Below, piece after piece: positions 54,310 to 63,400 of a stretch of DNA of 64,000 nucleotides. A model generated the notes under the pieces. The model was not told where the DNA came from and did no database searches. It saw only the letters and a program-made list of their open reading frames with translations. The translations under genes and the position numbers were made by a program. The first letter of the stretch is position 1, and every line of letters begins with the position of its first letter. This DNA is from Terracidiphilus sp. (GTDB taxonomy: Bacteria; Acidobacteriota; Terriglobia; Terriglobales; Acidobacteriaceae), in NCBI GenBank assembly GCA_050013695.1, contig JBEKET010000013.1, forward strand, positions 17,917-81,916, written 5' to 3'.

Positions 54310-56424
54310 ATGAATCGTAGATGCATCCAACTCCTGGCTGCCTTCGCGTTGTGGGCCGGTCCCGCGCTCGTGGCGCAAACTGCCGCGCCGCCGCAAACCA
54401 CCGCGCCGGATCAGAATCGCGACCTCACCTTCAAAAAGGAAGGGGCCGCTCCCGCGCCTACAACCACCGTGCATATTCCGCGCAGCTACGCGCTGGTCAT
54501 CGGCATTTCGAAATACAAAAACCTGCCCCCGGATGCGCAGTTGCAATTCCCAAATCAAGATGCCGAATCCGTCTATACGGTGCTGATCAGTCCCGAGGGC
54601 GGCCAGTTTCCCGCGGAGAACGTGCATAAGCTGATCGACAGCCAGGCGACACTCGCGAATATCCAGCACGAACTCGAGACATGGCTGCCGTCGGTCACTC
54701 ATCCCGAGGACCGCGTGCTGATCTACTTCGCCGGCCATGGATTTGTTTCGAATGGAACTGCGTACATCGCGCCGCACGACATCGATCTCAAAAACATTTC
54801 GGGGACGGCTTATCCCATGGAGACGCTTGGCAAGGATATCGGCGCCCGAATCAATGGCAAGTGGAAAGTGCTGATCACCGACTCCTGCCACTCTGGCGCA
54901 ATCACTCCGGAGGCCGATCGCTCAACTGTGAACCGTACCCTGCTCGATCTTGATAAGTCTCTCTTCTCGATTACCGCCAGCCGCGATCGCGAACAGAGCT
55001 TTGAGAGCGATAAGTGGGGTGGCGGGCATGGCATCTTCACCTATTACGTTGTGAAGGGCTTGGAGGGCGAGGCCGACACCAATGGCGACGGCATTGTCAG
55101 CGCGGATGAACTGGCTGAGTACGTTCATACCAACGTTCGCGACGCAACCAATGCCGCGCAGAATCCGACATCGGAACGCGGCAGCTTCGATCCCAACATG
55201 TTACTGGCCTACAATCCCACCCATGTAACTGCTGCTAACTTGCCGCCGCCCAAATACGGCACGCTGGTGATTGAAACCAACATGGACGGCGTTGAGGTAT
55301 TCGTCGACGGACAGAGCGTGGGCGTTGTGAATAAGGCTGCGGCGCTGCGTTTGCCCGGCATCTCCCCCGGCGCGCACACCGTCCAGGCAGTCCATCTGGG
55401 CTACGAGCCCGACGGTCCGCGCCAGGAGGAAGTGTATCCGGGCCAGGAGACGACGGTGACCGTGCGCATCCTGATTGCGCGCAATCGCAACCATGCGGCC
55501 GTCGAACACTTCAATAAGGGCCTCGAGTTTTACAACAAGGGTTTTGAGCAGAATTACCGCATAGCCGCGGCGGAGTTTGAATCGGCGCTGGCCATCGACC
55601 CCAAGTACAGCCAGGCGGCGCTTTATGCCGGCCGCGCCTACAATGCCCTCTACGAAGACAAGAAGTCGCTTGAGTATTTCAAGGAAGCGATCACCATCGA
55701 TCCGGATTATCTTGAGGCTCGCTCCAGCTACGCCGGCGCTTTGCTGGATGCGGGCGACATGGATGAGGCAATTCGGCAATTGAACGTAGTAACCCAGCGC
55801 GATCCAAACAGCGGCATGGCCTTTTATCTGCTTTCGCAGGCCTTTGCGCGCAAGAACGATTACGACGACGCAATTCAGGCCGCGCGTCAGGCCATTCAGT
55901 TAACTCCAGGCAACGCTGAAGCGCACTTCTGGCTGGCCGAATCGCTGCGCCAGAAAAATCTGACCCCCGAAGCAGAAATGCAGTACAACCAATATCTGGC
56001 TCTCTCCAACTTCGACAGCGGCATGGCCGGAAAACTCAGCTACTATCTCGGCGGCTATCTGTTGGGCTACGGCGTAAAAAAGCGCGCGGCGCAAACCGAC
56101 ATCTGGAAGCAGTTGCGCGGACAGGCGAACACCGGTCTCTGCGACTGCGAATATCTGCAGAAGAAACTCGATTCAGCCATTCGTTATTGTCAAACCGCGC
56201 TGACCTTCACGCCCAATGACCTGTTTACCAACTACCGGCTCGGCATCATCTATTCGAAGCAATACAACCAGTCGGGAAGCGTAGCGCTGCTGGCAGCGGC
56301 ACGCAAACATTTTGAAAGCGTGATCGAACAGAACCCCGACGCGAATGAAGCGGGTTATTCCCGCAAATATGTGCAGAACATCGATGCCGTCCTCGCGCAG
56401 CAGTCTTCCGTCAGTCACCCATGA
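54310..56424 (+). CDS. Secreted caspase-family (peptidase C14, metacaspase-like) protease + PEGA + TPR
   Basis: Signal peptide; YALVIGISKY, YFAGHG (His 54736), TDSCHSG (Cys 54886), HGIFTYYV; PEGA (GVEVFVDG); TPRs. Confidence 0.88.
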   Translation: MNRRCIQLLAAFALWAGPALVAQTAAPPQTTAPDQNRDLTFKKEGAAPAPTTTVHIPRSYALVIGISKYKNLPPDAQLQFPNQDAESVYTVLISPEGGQFPAENVHKLIDSQATLANIQHELETWLPSVTHPEDRVLIYFAGHGFVSNGTAYIAPHDIDLKNISGTAYPMETLGKDIGARINGKWKVLITDSCHSGAITPEADRSTVNRTLLDLDKSLFSITASRDREQSFESDKWGGGHGIFTYYVVKGLEGEADTNGDGIVSADELAEYVHTNVRDATNAAQNPTSERGSFDPNMLLAYNPTHVTAANLPPPKYGTLVIETNMDGVEVFVDGQSVGVVNKAAALRLPGISPGAHTVQAVHLGYEPDGPRQEEVYPGQETTVTVRILIARNRNHAAVEHFNKGLEFYNKGFEQNYRIAAAEFESALAIDPKYSQAALYAGRAYNALYEDKKSLEYFKEAITIDPDYLEARSSYAGALLDAGDMDEAIRQLNVVTQRDPNSGMAFYLLSQAFARKNDYDDAIQAARQAIQLTPGNAEAHFWLAESLRQKNLTPEAEMQYNQYLALSNFDSGMAGKLSYYLGGYLLGYGVKKRAAQTDIWKQLRGQANTGLCDCEYLQKKLDSAIRYCQTALTFTPNDLFTNYRLGIIYSKQYNQSGSVALLAAARKHFESVIEQNPDANEAGYSRKYVQNIDAVLAQQSSVSHP

Positions 56425-58427
56425 TTTCCCCAAGCATGATGTCACCAGCCATAACGCGCCAATCATCCATCATGCGCCGCTTGCCGGACCGCCTCATTGT
56501 GGCCGCGGTTGTAGCCCTGGGTCTGACTTTCCTGGTGTCAATGCTGGAACGCTGGACTCCCTACGGCGACCTCACCAACTGGACATACGATTTTCTCGTC
56601 AACCACGGCAGATACGCTCGCCCATCGCAGGACATTGTGTTTGTCGATTTTGACGATGCAACGTTTTCAAAGATCAACAAATATCCGATTCCACGCTCCA
56701 CCGTCGCCGATGTCGTCGATCGCGTGGGTAAGGCGGCGCCTGCCATCATCGGCCTCGATATCTTCCTTTCTGAACCGCGCAACGCCGATGAAGATGCGGC
56801 GATGCAGCGCGCGCTCAGCGCGGCGGGCAACGTGGTGATTGGAGGACAGGCGGCAACTGGGCAGCTTCCGGCCGTGTTGCCCATGCCCATGTTCTGCCAG
56901 CCTGAAAATCCCGCGCTGGCCACCGGATTCTGCGCGGAAGGCAAGCCCGGTGCATTCGGTTATGCGGCCGTCAACATGCCGTTTGACAGCGACGGTTATG
57001 TGCGCGACGCCGAACTTTTCGCGTGGAACAAGCAAAAGGCCGAAAGCTTTCCCGTGTTTCTAGCTGAGGAGTATCTGGCGCAAGTCGATCCGCAGTGCAA
57101 GAACTGCACCTTGCAACCGCTGAATAAAAACGCCGCGCAGTTTCGCGGCCACCGCGTTCCTTTTCACGATCTCGGTGCAGGTACATTTCGGATAGGCGAT
57201 TGGTCGCCGCATCCGGCACAGCACATCTCGGCGTGGGATGTTTTAACTGGTACAGTCGATCCTGCCCGCCTGCGCAACAAGCTGGTTCTGATTGGCCAAG
57301 GCAGCGATGCGGCGCGCGACCGCGACCTTTCGCCGCTCTTCCGCGTTCGCCAGTCCGACGGCAAGCGCGAGCAGATCGCCGGCACCGAGCTTCATGCGGC
57401 GGCCATCGCAACGCTGCTCGATGGCAACGCGATCGGCGAGGTCCCGCTTTGGATTCAGGGCACGGTCAACTTCATCCTGCTTGCCGCGGCTACGTGGGTG
57501 TTTACGCGCCTCCGGCTCAGGATGGCCTTCGCCCTGGCAGCGGTCTTCATCCCGGTCATTTATGCCGCCGCACAGGTCCTGTTTACTGCATATCATCTTT
57601 GGTTTCCCTATCTCGAAACCATTCTCGGCGTGGCAGCGGCTCTGCCCTGCGGCGTGGCATGGCAATACGTGAAGGTGAACCTGTTGCGCTCTGAGACCGA
57701 GCAGCAGCGGAAGCAGTTGATGGAAATGTTCTCGCGCTACGTCGATCCCCAGGTCGCGCACGCCATCTGGCTCCGTCGCGACGAGGTGAGCCTCGAAGGC
57801 GACGAACGCATCGCCACCGTGCTCTTCAGCGACATCCGCAACTTCACCGGCATCACGGCGGGAAAGCCTTCGCGAACCGTGCTGCGCTGGCTCAACCGTT
57901 ACTTCACCGCAATGGATGAAGTGATCCGCGCGCATGACGGTTTCCTCAACAAATTCATCGGTGACGGACTTCTGGTGGTGTACGGCGTGCCCCTCTCGCA
58001 AGGGGTGAAGGTCGATGCCTGCAACTCGGTCCGCAGCGCCCTGGCCATGCTCAAACGCGTCGAGGAACTGAATGCGGAACGCCCCGACGACGAGGACTGT
58101 CCCGACCTCAGGATCGGCGTCGGAATTCATACCGGAACGCTGACCAGCGGAAGTGTCGGCTCCCTCAACCGCCTCGAGTATTCCGTTATTGGAGAAACCG
58201 TCAACCTCGCGTCCCGGTTGGAGAGCCTCAACAAGGAATTCGGTACCGAGATTATTATTTCTCAGGGCACATATGAGAGGGTGAAAGATCAGATGCCCGG
58301 AATTTACCCGCTGGGCGCGACCGCGGTAAGAGGATTTGACGAGCCGATTACGATTTACGGTATAGGACCTAGAAAACAAACAAAGGCCTCTGCGGTAGAG
58401 GCAGAGCGATCGGAGATGCTGGCATGA
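56421..58427 (+). CDS. CHASE2 sensor + class III adenylate cyclase
   Basis: IVFVDFDD, IIGLDIFL, NKLVLIG, GTELHA; TMs; VLFSDIRNFT, NKFIGDG, EYSVIGETVNLASRLE (Lys + Ser/Thr adenine-specifying residues, Asn/Arg present). Confidence 0.92.
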   Translation: MISPSMMSPAITRQSSIMRRLPDRLIVAAVVALGLTFLVSMLERWTPYGDLTNWTYDFLVNHGRYARPSQDIVFVDFDDATFSKINKYPIPRSTVADVVDRVGKAAPAIIGLDIFLSEPRNADEDAAMQRALSAAGNVVIGGQAATGQLPAVLPMPMFCQPENPALATGFCAEGKPGAFGYAAVNMPFDSDGYVRDAELFAWNKQKAESFPVFLAEEYLAQVDPQCKNCTLQPLNKNAAQFRGHRVPFHDLGAGTFRIGDWSPHPAQHISAWDVLTGTVDPARLRNKLVLIGQGSDAARDRDLSPLFRVRQSDGKREQIAGTELHAAAIATLLDGNAIGEVPLWIQGTVNFILLAAATWVFTRLRLRMAFALAAVFIPVIYAAAQVLFTAYHLWFPYLETILGVAAALPCGVAWQYVKVNLLRSETEQQRKQLMEMFSRYVDPQVAHAIWLRRDEVSLEGDERIATVLFSDIRNFTGITAGKPSRTVLRWLNRYFTAMDEVIRAHDGFLNKFIGDGLLVVYGVPLSQGVKVDACNSVRSALAMLKRVEELNAERPDDEDCPDLRIGVGIHTGTLTSGSVGSLNRLEYSVIGETVNLASRLESLNKEFGTEIIISQGTYERVKDQMPGIYPLGATAVRGFDEPITIYGIGPRKQTKASAVEAERSEMLA

Positions 58428-59179
58428 CGAACAGGACTAAATTGATGGTTGCAATCCTGGTGGCAGGATGCGCGGCGCTGGCTGGCGCGCAGGGTACCGG
58501 GCAAACAAAGCCGCAGGCGCCGCCGCCAACCCCGCCCCAGCAACAGAATCAGGACCAGCAGGCCCGTCCGCGCCGGGTCCTGGTCAAACTCGATGGCTTC
58601 GAGATGGCTCCCGCGCGGGCAACCGCGAACCAGATCGGAGGAGCGTCGCGCGGCCAGGGCCAGAAGCTCGTCCTCTATGCGCCGCACAAGGCCAAAATCT
58701 ACACCCTCACTCCTTCGTTCTCATGGAAGGGCGATCCCACCGCGGGATACAAATTCCACATCCAGGAAATCACAGGCACATTTGCCTGGGATCGAGATGT
58801 GACTGGAACCAGCCTCGCCTATCCGGCAGACGCGCCGCCGCTTTCTCCGGGCGGCACCTATCTGTGGAAGGTCGTCCCGGTCTCGCCGTTGCTCGGGCCT
58901 CCTCCACCGGCAGCCATGCTTGTCGTGCTGGGCGGGCCGGAACGCGAGCAACTGGATACGGCGATAAGCCAGCTTCAGGGCTCCGGTTCCGATCTGGATA
59001 TGGCGCGCGCCCGGCTCTTCTTCAACCAGCGACTCTGGTATGACGCTGTGATGACCTGTTCGGATCTCATCGCCAAGTTTCCCAATCGGTCTGACCTCCA
59101 CGAGATGCGTGCAGTGCTCTACTACCAACTGCCGGAAACTGAAGCGCTTGCGGATGCCGACTTAGCCCGGCCAAACTAG
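58424..59179 (+). CDS. Secreted DUF928-like protein
   Basis: Signal peptide, Pro/Gln linker, IGGASRG motif, PLSPGGTYLW.V, helical end with LWYDAV; ATGA-coupled to the cyclase. Confidence 0.55.
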   Translation: MTNRTKLMVAILVAGCAALAGAQGTGQTKPQAPPPTPPQQQNQDQQARPRRVLVKLDGFEMAPARATANQIGGASRGQGQKLVLYAPHKAKIYTLTPSFSWKGDPTAGYKFHIQEITGTFAWDRDVTGTSLAYPADAPPLSPGGTYLWKVVPVSPLLGPPPPAAMLVVLGGPEREQLDTAISQLQGSGSDLDMARARLFFNQRLWYDAVMTCSDLIAKFPNRSDLHEMRAVLYYQLPETEALADADLARPN

Positions 59180-59220
59180 GGAGTTCTTAGTTAATAAATA
59201 ACCCTCCCTTGAATGTGTGT

Positions 59221-59251
59221 GGTGGCAATTCCGTGCGGAGAAATTGCCACC
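59221..59251 (+). terminator. Stem-loop after the caspase/cyclase operon (terminator-like)
   Basis: GGTGGCAATT...AATTGCCACC perfect 10-bp stem followed only by CTTT (weak U-tract). Confidence 0.5.
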
Positions 59252-59319
59252 CTTTGCGGCGTTCCCATTTCGCGTTGTCCATTCGTCTGAGCGATCGGCG
59301 GATTTTCATTGAAGTCCGC

Positions 59320-59358
59320 AAAAAAACATTGACTTAGGCGCAAAGGGCGCGATACAGT
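59320..59358 (+). promoter_or_regulatory. Sigma70-type promoter for the lipoprotein/adhesin operon
   Basis: A-tract, TTGACT (59329)-18 bp-TACAGT (59353). Confidence 0.65.
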
Positions 59359-59429
59359 TCGGGCATTCTCTTCGACGCTTCTCCGCTCCTGAATGTCCCC
59401 CCTCCTTCCGGAGTGAATTCTAAGAACCG

Positions 59430-60473
59430 GTGATCCCTGTGACACAGCGTTCATACGAACAGCGCATAGCTCAATTTGCCGCTCTCGCGTCTCTCGGAGT
59501 CGTGCTCGCATCCGGTTGCGGATCGGTATCTCCCAATTCGCTGACCAAAGGACCGTCGGGCGACAACACGCCCACTGGAGCTGCCGTTTCCAGCGGCGCG
59601 CAGTTGGGCCTGATCTGGAACCCGGTCGATTCGACGCTTCGAACTCTGGGTGGCGTACCAGGTTCAACCCAACTTGGCCCTCCCCTGTTTCCTGCGGGAT
59701 CCTACGCCGCGGGAGCGTTTTCAAGCCCGTCGCAGACCGCGCTGCTGATCGACCCCAAGGGCAATCTCCAGGTCATGGTCCTCCCTTCGACCCAGCCGCA
59801 GACCGTGACGGGCAATCTCTCTCCCGCGTCCGTCATAGCCTTTGCTCCGCGCGGGGCCTATGCGGTGGTATTTGCTCCGGGATCGACATCTGTTCTGGTG
59901 GTTGGCGGATTGCCGCAGGCGCCTGCCGCGAATGTGGTTACAGCGGCATCGGCGGTTCAAAGCGCGTCCATCAGCGACGCGGGAACGTTGTTGCTGGCAA
60001 CAGGCGCAGGCAGTGGCAGCGTCTCGATTACATCAACAACGGCAAGCGGAACGCGCTCCAACCTTGCTACCCTGGGAGGCTTCGGCGGCATGAGCTTCAT
60101 CGCAGGATCGGAAGATTCTCTGATCGCGGATTCGGCGGCCAATACGCTGGCGCGCTATCACAACGCGGTCGCCACGACGCTGGCGACGCATGCCAATGGC
60201 CTCAACCAGCCTTTCGCTGTGGCAGCGTCCATGGATGGGCACTGGGCCGTCACGGCCGACCAGGCTGATACCGTGGTGCTGCGCATCGATCTCACCGGCG
60301 CTGCTTCCCCGGCTCAATCCACCTGTGCCTGCACTCCCACACAGTTGTCGGCGCTGAATGGCAACGCAGTTTTTGAACTCGCGGCTCCGGCTGCGACACC
60401 GGGATGGATGATCGAAGCCGACGGTCCCACCTCGCGCGTCCTGTTTATTCCGCCGGCACGGGGTGGGCAATGA
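59430..60473 (+). CDS. Hypothetical lipoprotein, probable beta-propeller
   Basis: GTG start; hydrophobic signal ending LASG-C; repeated short beta units (IAFAPRG, ASISDAG, AASMDG); stop overlaps adhesin ATG. Confidence 0.65.
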   Translation: MIPVTQRSYEQRIAQFAALASLGVVLASGCGSVSPNSLTKGPSGDNTPTGAAVSSGAQLGLIWNPVDSTLRTLGGVPGSTQLGPPLFPAGSYAAGAFSSPSQTALLIDPKGNLQVMVLPSTQPQTVTGNLSPASVIAFAPRGAYAVVFAPGSTSVLVVGGLPQAPAANVVTAASAVQSASISDAGTLLLATGAGSGSVSITSTTASGTRSNLATLGGFGGMSFIAGSEDSLIADSAANTLARYHNAVATTLATHANGLNQPFAVAASMDGHWAVTADQADTVVLRIDLTGAASPAQSTCACTPTQLSALNGNAVFELAAPAATPGWMIEADGPTSRVLFIPPARGGQ

Positions 60474-63400
60474 AGCGCCGTCTCTCCAGTTTGGTTCTCA
60501 TCGGCATTGCGGCAATTCTTACCGCAGGATTCCCCGCCTCGCTGCGCGCTCAAACGGACGGTGGCGGGGAACCGTTCACCTCGTTCGCCATTCAAGCCTC
60601 GTCCAATCCCGTTGTCGTCGGGCAATACGTATCGCTGACCGTTACTCCCACAGGGAACTACGGCACTCCTACGGGCTCGGTCGAATTCTACGTTTCCTCG
60701 AGTTCCAACACCTGCACGTATAGCACGTTGATCGGCACGACGGCGGGCTCCGAGGGAACCTATATCTTGAATTACTATGCCTCCCAAACGGGAACTATTC
60801 CCATTTGCGCGGCCTACATCCCCAGCGACGGCGACGCCTACGCGGCGGCCACGACCCCGGTTTACCTGCTCAGTGTCGTGATATCGGCTTCGTTCACCAC
60901 GTTCAGCATTCAAGCCTATCCCAATCCAGTTAACCTGGGCCAAGCCACAACGCTCACCGCGACGATCACCGGGAACTCCGGCGCACCCGCAGGCCAGGTC
61001 GAATTCTATGTCTCCAGCGGGACTGACGGCTGCTCGATTAGCTCCGTGATCGGTACGACAACCGGCTCCAACGGAGTTTATACCGAGAGTTACACCCCAT
61101 CTCAAGTAGGATCTTTTTCCATCTGCGCTCAATACATCCCCACCGACGGCGATGTTTACCCCTCGGCCACGGCTGGAATTTACACGCTCAATGTAGCGGG
61201 GACAGCTCCGTTCACCGTGTTCGACATTGGAGCCTCACCCAACCCCATCCCCGACGGGTTCATGAGTACGCTGACCGCGTATCTGGTCGGGAATTACGGC
61301 GTCCCCACCGGACAGGTTGAGTTTTACTCCTCCAACAGCGCCACTGCCTGCTCAGAGGGCTACTTCTTCGGCGAGGTACCGGTTAGCGCAAGCGGTGTCG
61401 CGACCCTGAATACCTCTTTCTACAACGCGGGAACCTGGTATATTTGCGCCCAATACGTCCCTGGCCAGAACGACCCATACGCCTCGGCTACGGCAGGAAT
61501 TTACCTGGTCAATGTAATGCAGCCCACCCTCTTCACGGTGAGCGTACCGGCTGCCGTCCTCCAGGGTTCGCAGATCCCCTTCACCTTTGGCATTACCACC
61601 CCATACGGGCAGGTCCCGCCCACTGGCACAATCACCCTCGAAGATCCTAACAACGATTATGCAGTCATCGGCACGACAACCGTAAGCAATGGCGTCGTTT
61701 CTCCTCCAACCATTACTGCCACGCTCACTGGGAACAGCTACTACGCGGTTTACAGCGGAGACAACAACTACGAGTCGCAGTCTGTCTACGGCACAGTGCT
61801 GTACGAAAATGCCCTTAGCGCGATCAGCCCCGCTGCCGTTACTGTCGGGTCTCCCACTACTAACTTCACGCTCACCGGCGCTGGATTCAACGCAAATTCG
61901 GTTGTGTACCTCGGGTCCGGCGACGGACAGGTCACTCTGCCCGTCAACAGCTTCACTCCCACCCAGATTCAGACCACCATCACCGCCAACAACCTGCTGA
62001 TTGCGGGTGAACTGAGCATCTCCGTGGTGACCGGACCCATAACCGGCGGCCCCATCACGTTGCAGGTTTACGCTCCCTACACTGATACGGCGGGAGTCTC
62101 GACAGCAAATCCCACGTCGATTCCATACGGATACACAATCTCGACTAACTTCAACGGCACCGTCACACGCGGCGTGCCGGCAACAGATGCCGCAGTTCCC
62201 GCCGGCCAGGTCACATTCTCCCTCACCGGCACCGGCGCACAGTCAGGCTACAGCGCCACGCTCGGTACAGCCGCGCTTGCCCAGGTCACTACGCCGGGGA
62301 CCTACCTGTCTCCATTCACCGAGCCGATTGACACAAACGGAAGCGCGAAGCTGATCTCGGCCGATCTCAATGGCGATGGGTACGCCGATGTCATTGGTAT
62401 GCCCGGCATCTACTATCCCAATGCCAACTACGGAGATTATGCGGCAGGACCATACCTCCAGGTTATGCTCAGCACCGGCGCCGACGGCCTCCAGACGGAG
62501 CAGCAGGTCTTCACCGGATGCCTTGCCCAGGATTTCGCCGTCGGCGACATCAATGGAGATGGAATTCCGGATCTGGTTGTGGTGTGCACCAGCAATGGAA
62601 TTGCAAGCGGGCCCCTCAACAACCTGCTGGCCTATTACATGCTGGGCAACGGGGACGGAACCTTCCAGGCGCCTGTTCAATTTGGAAATAATTCGGGCAT
62701 CAACTATCCAACCAATATTGCCCTGGGACAATTCAACGGCGACGGATATCTTGACATCGCGGTCATCGACGGTGCGGATGGATACTTGCAGGTCATCAGT
62801 CCCTTTCAGAATTCGTATGGGCCATATTCGTATTTCGACACCTCGAATGGCTCCGTGCAGACCGCCGGCGCCGCCGACTTCAACCAGGATGGCCTGAGCG
62901 ATATCGTGCTCGAGGAGTACAACTATCCCTACAACTACAACCAGTACAGCAACGGAGCGGTTCTCGTTCTAATCAGCCAGGGCGACTACAACGGGTTCTA
63001 TGTCCTGAGCGAGACGCAGTTCACTGCCACCACGTACTGGATGCAGAGCATGACCATCTCGGATGTGAACGGCGATGGGTATCCCGATGTCGCCATTGCC
63101 GATTTTGGCCAGTACTACAGTGACGGATCCGATAACGGCAACATTCTGATTTTTGAGAATGACCAGCAAGGCGAATTGCCATTGACCTTCACCTATTCGG
63201 GGAACAACGACGGTGCGCTCTCTTTTGCCGGCGCGGTTGTCGGCATACCCTTCCCGACCATTGGACAGCCTGCCTCGGGAGCCGCGGCTGCGCAAGGCTG
63301 GAATCTTGCCTATTCGGGCTTCGGCTCCGATAACAACATCTGGGTTCAAGAGTTGCAGCGGCAGAGTGCGCAGAATTGGACCATCGTCTCCTCGTTCGAC

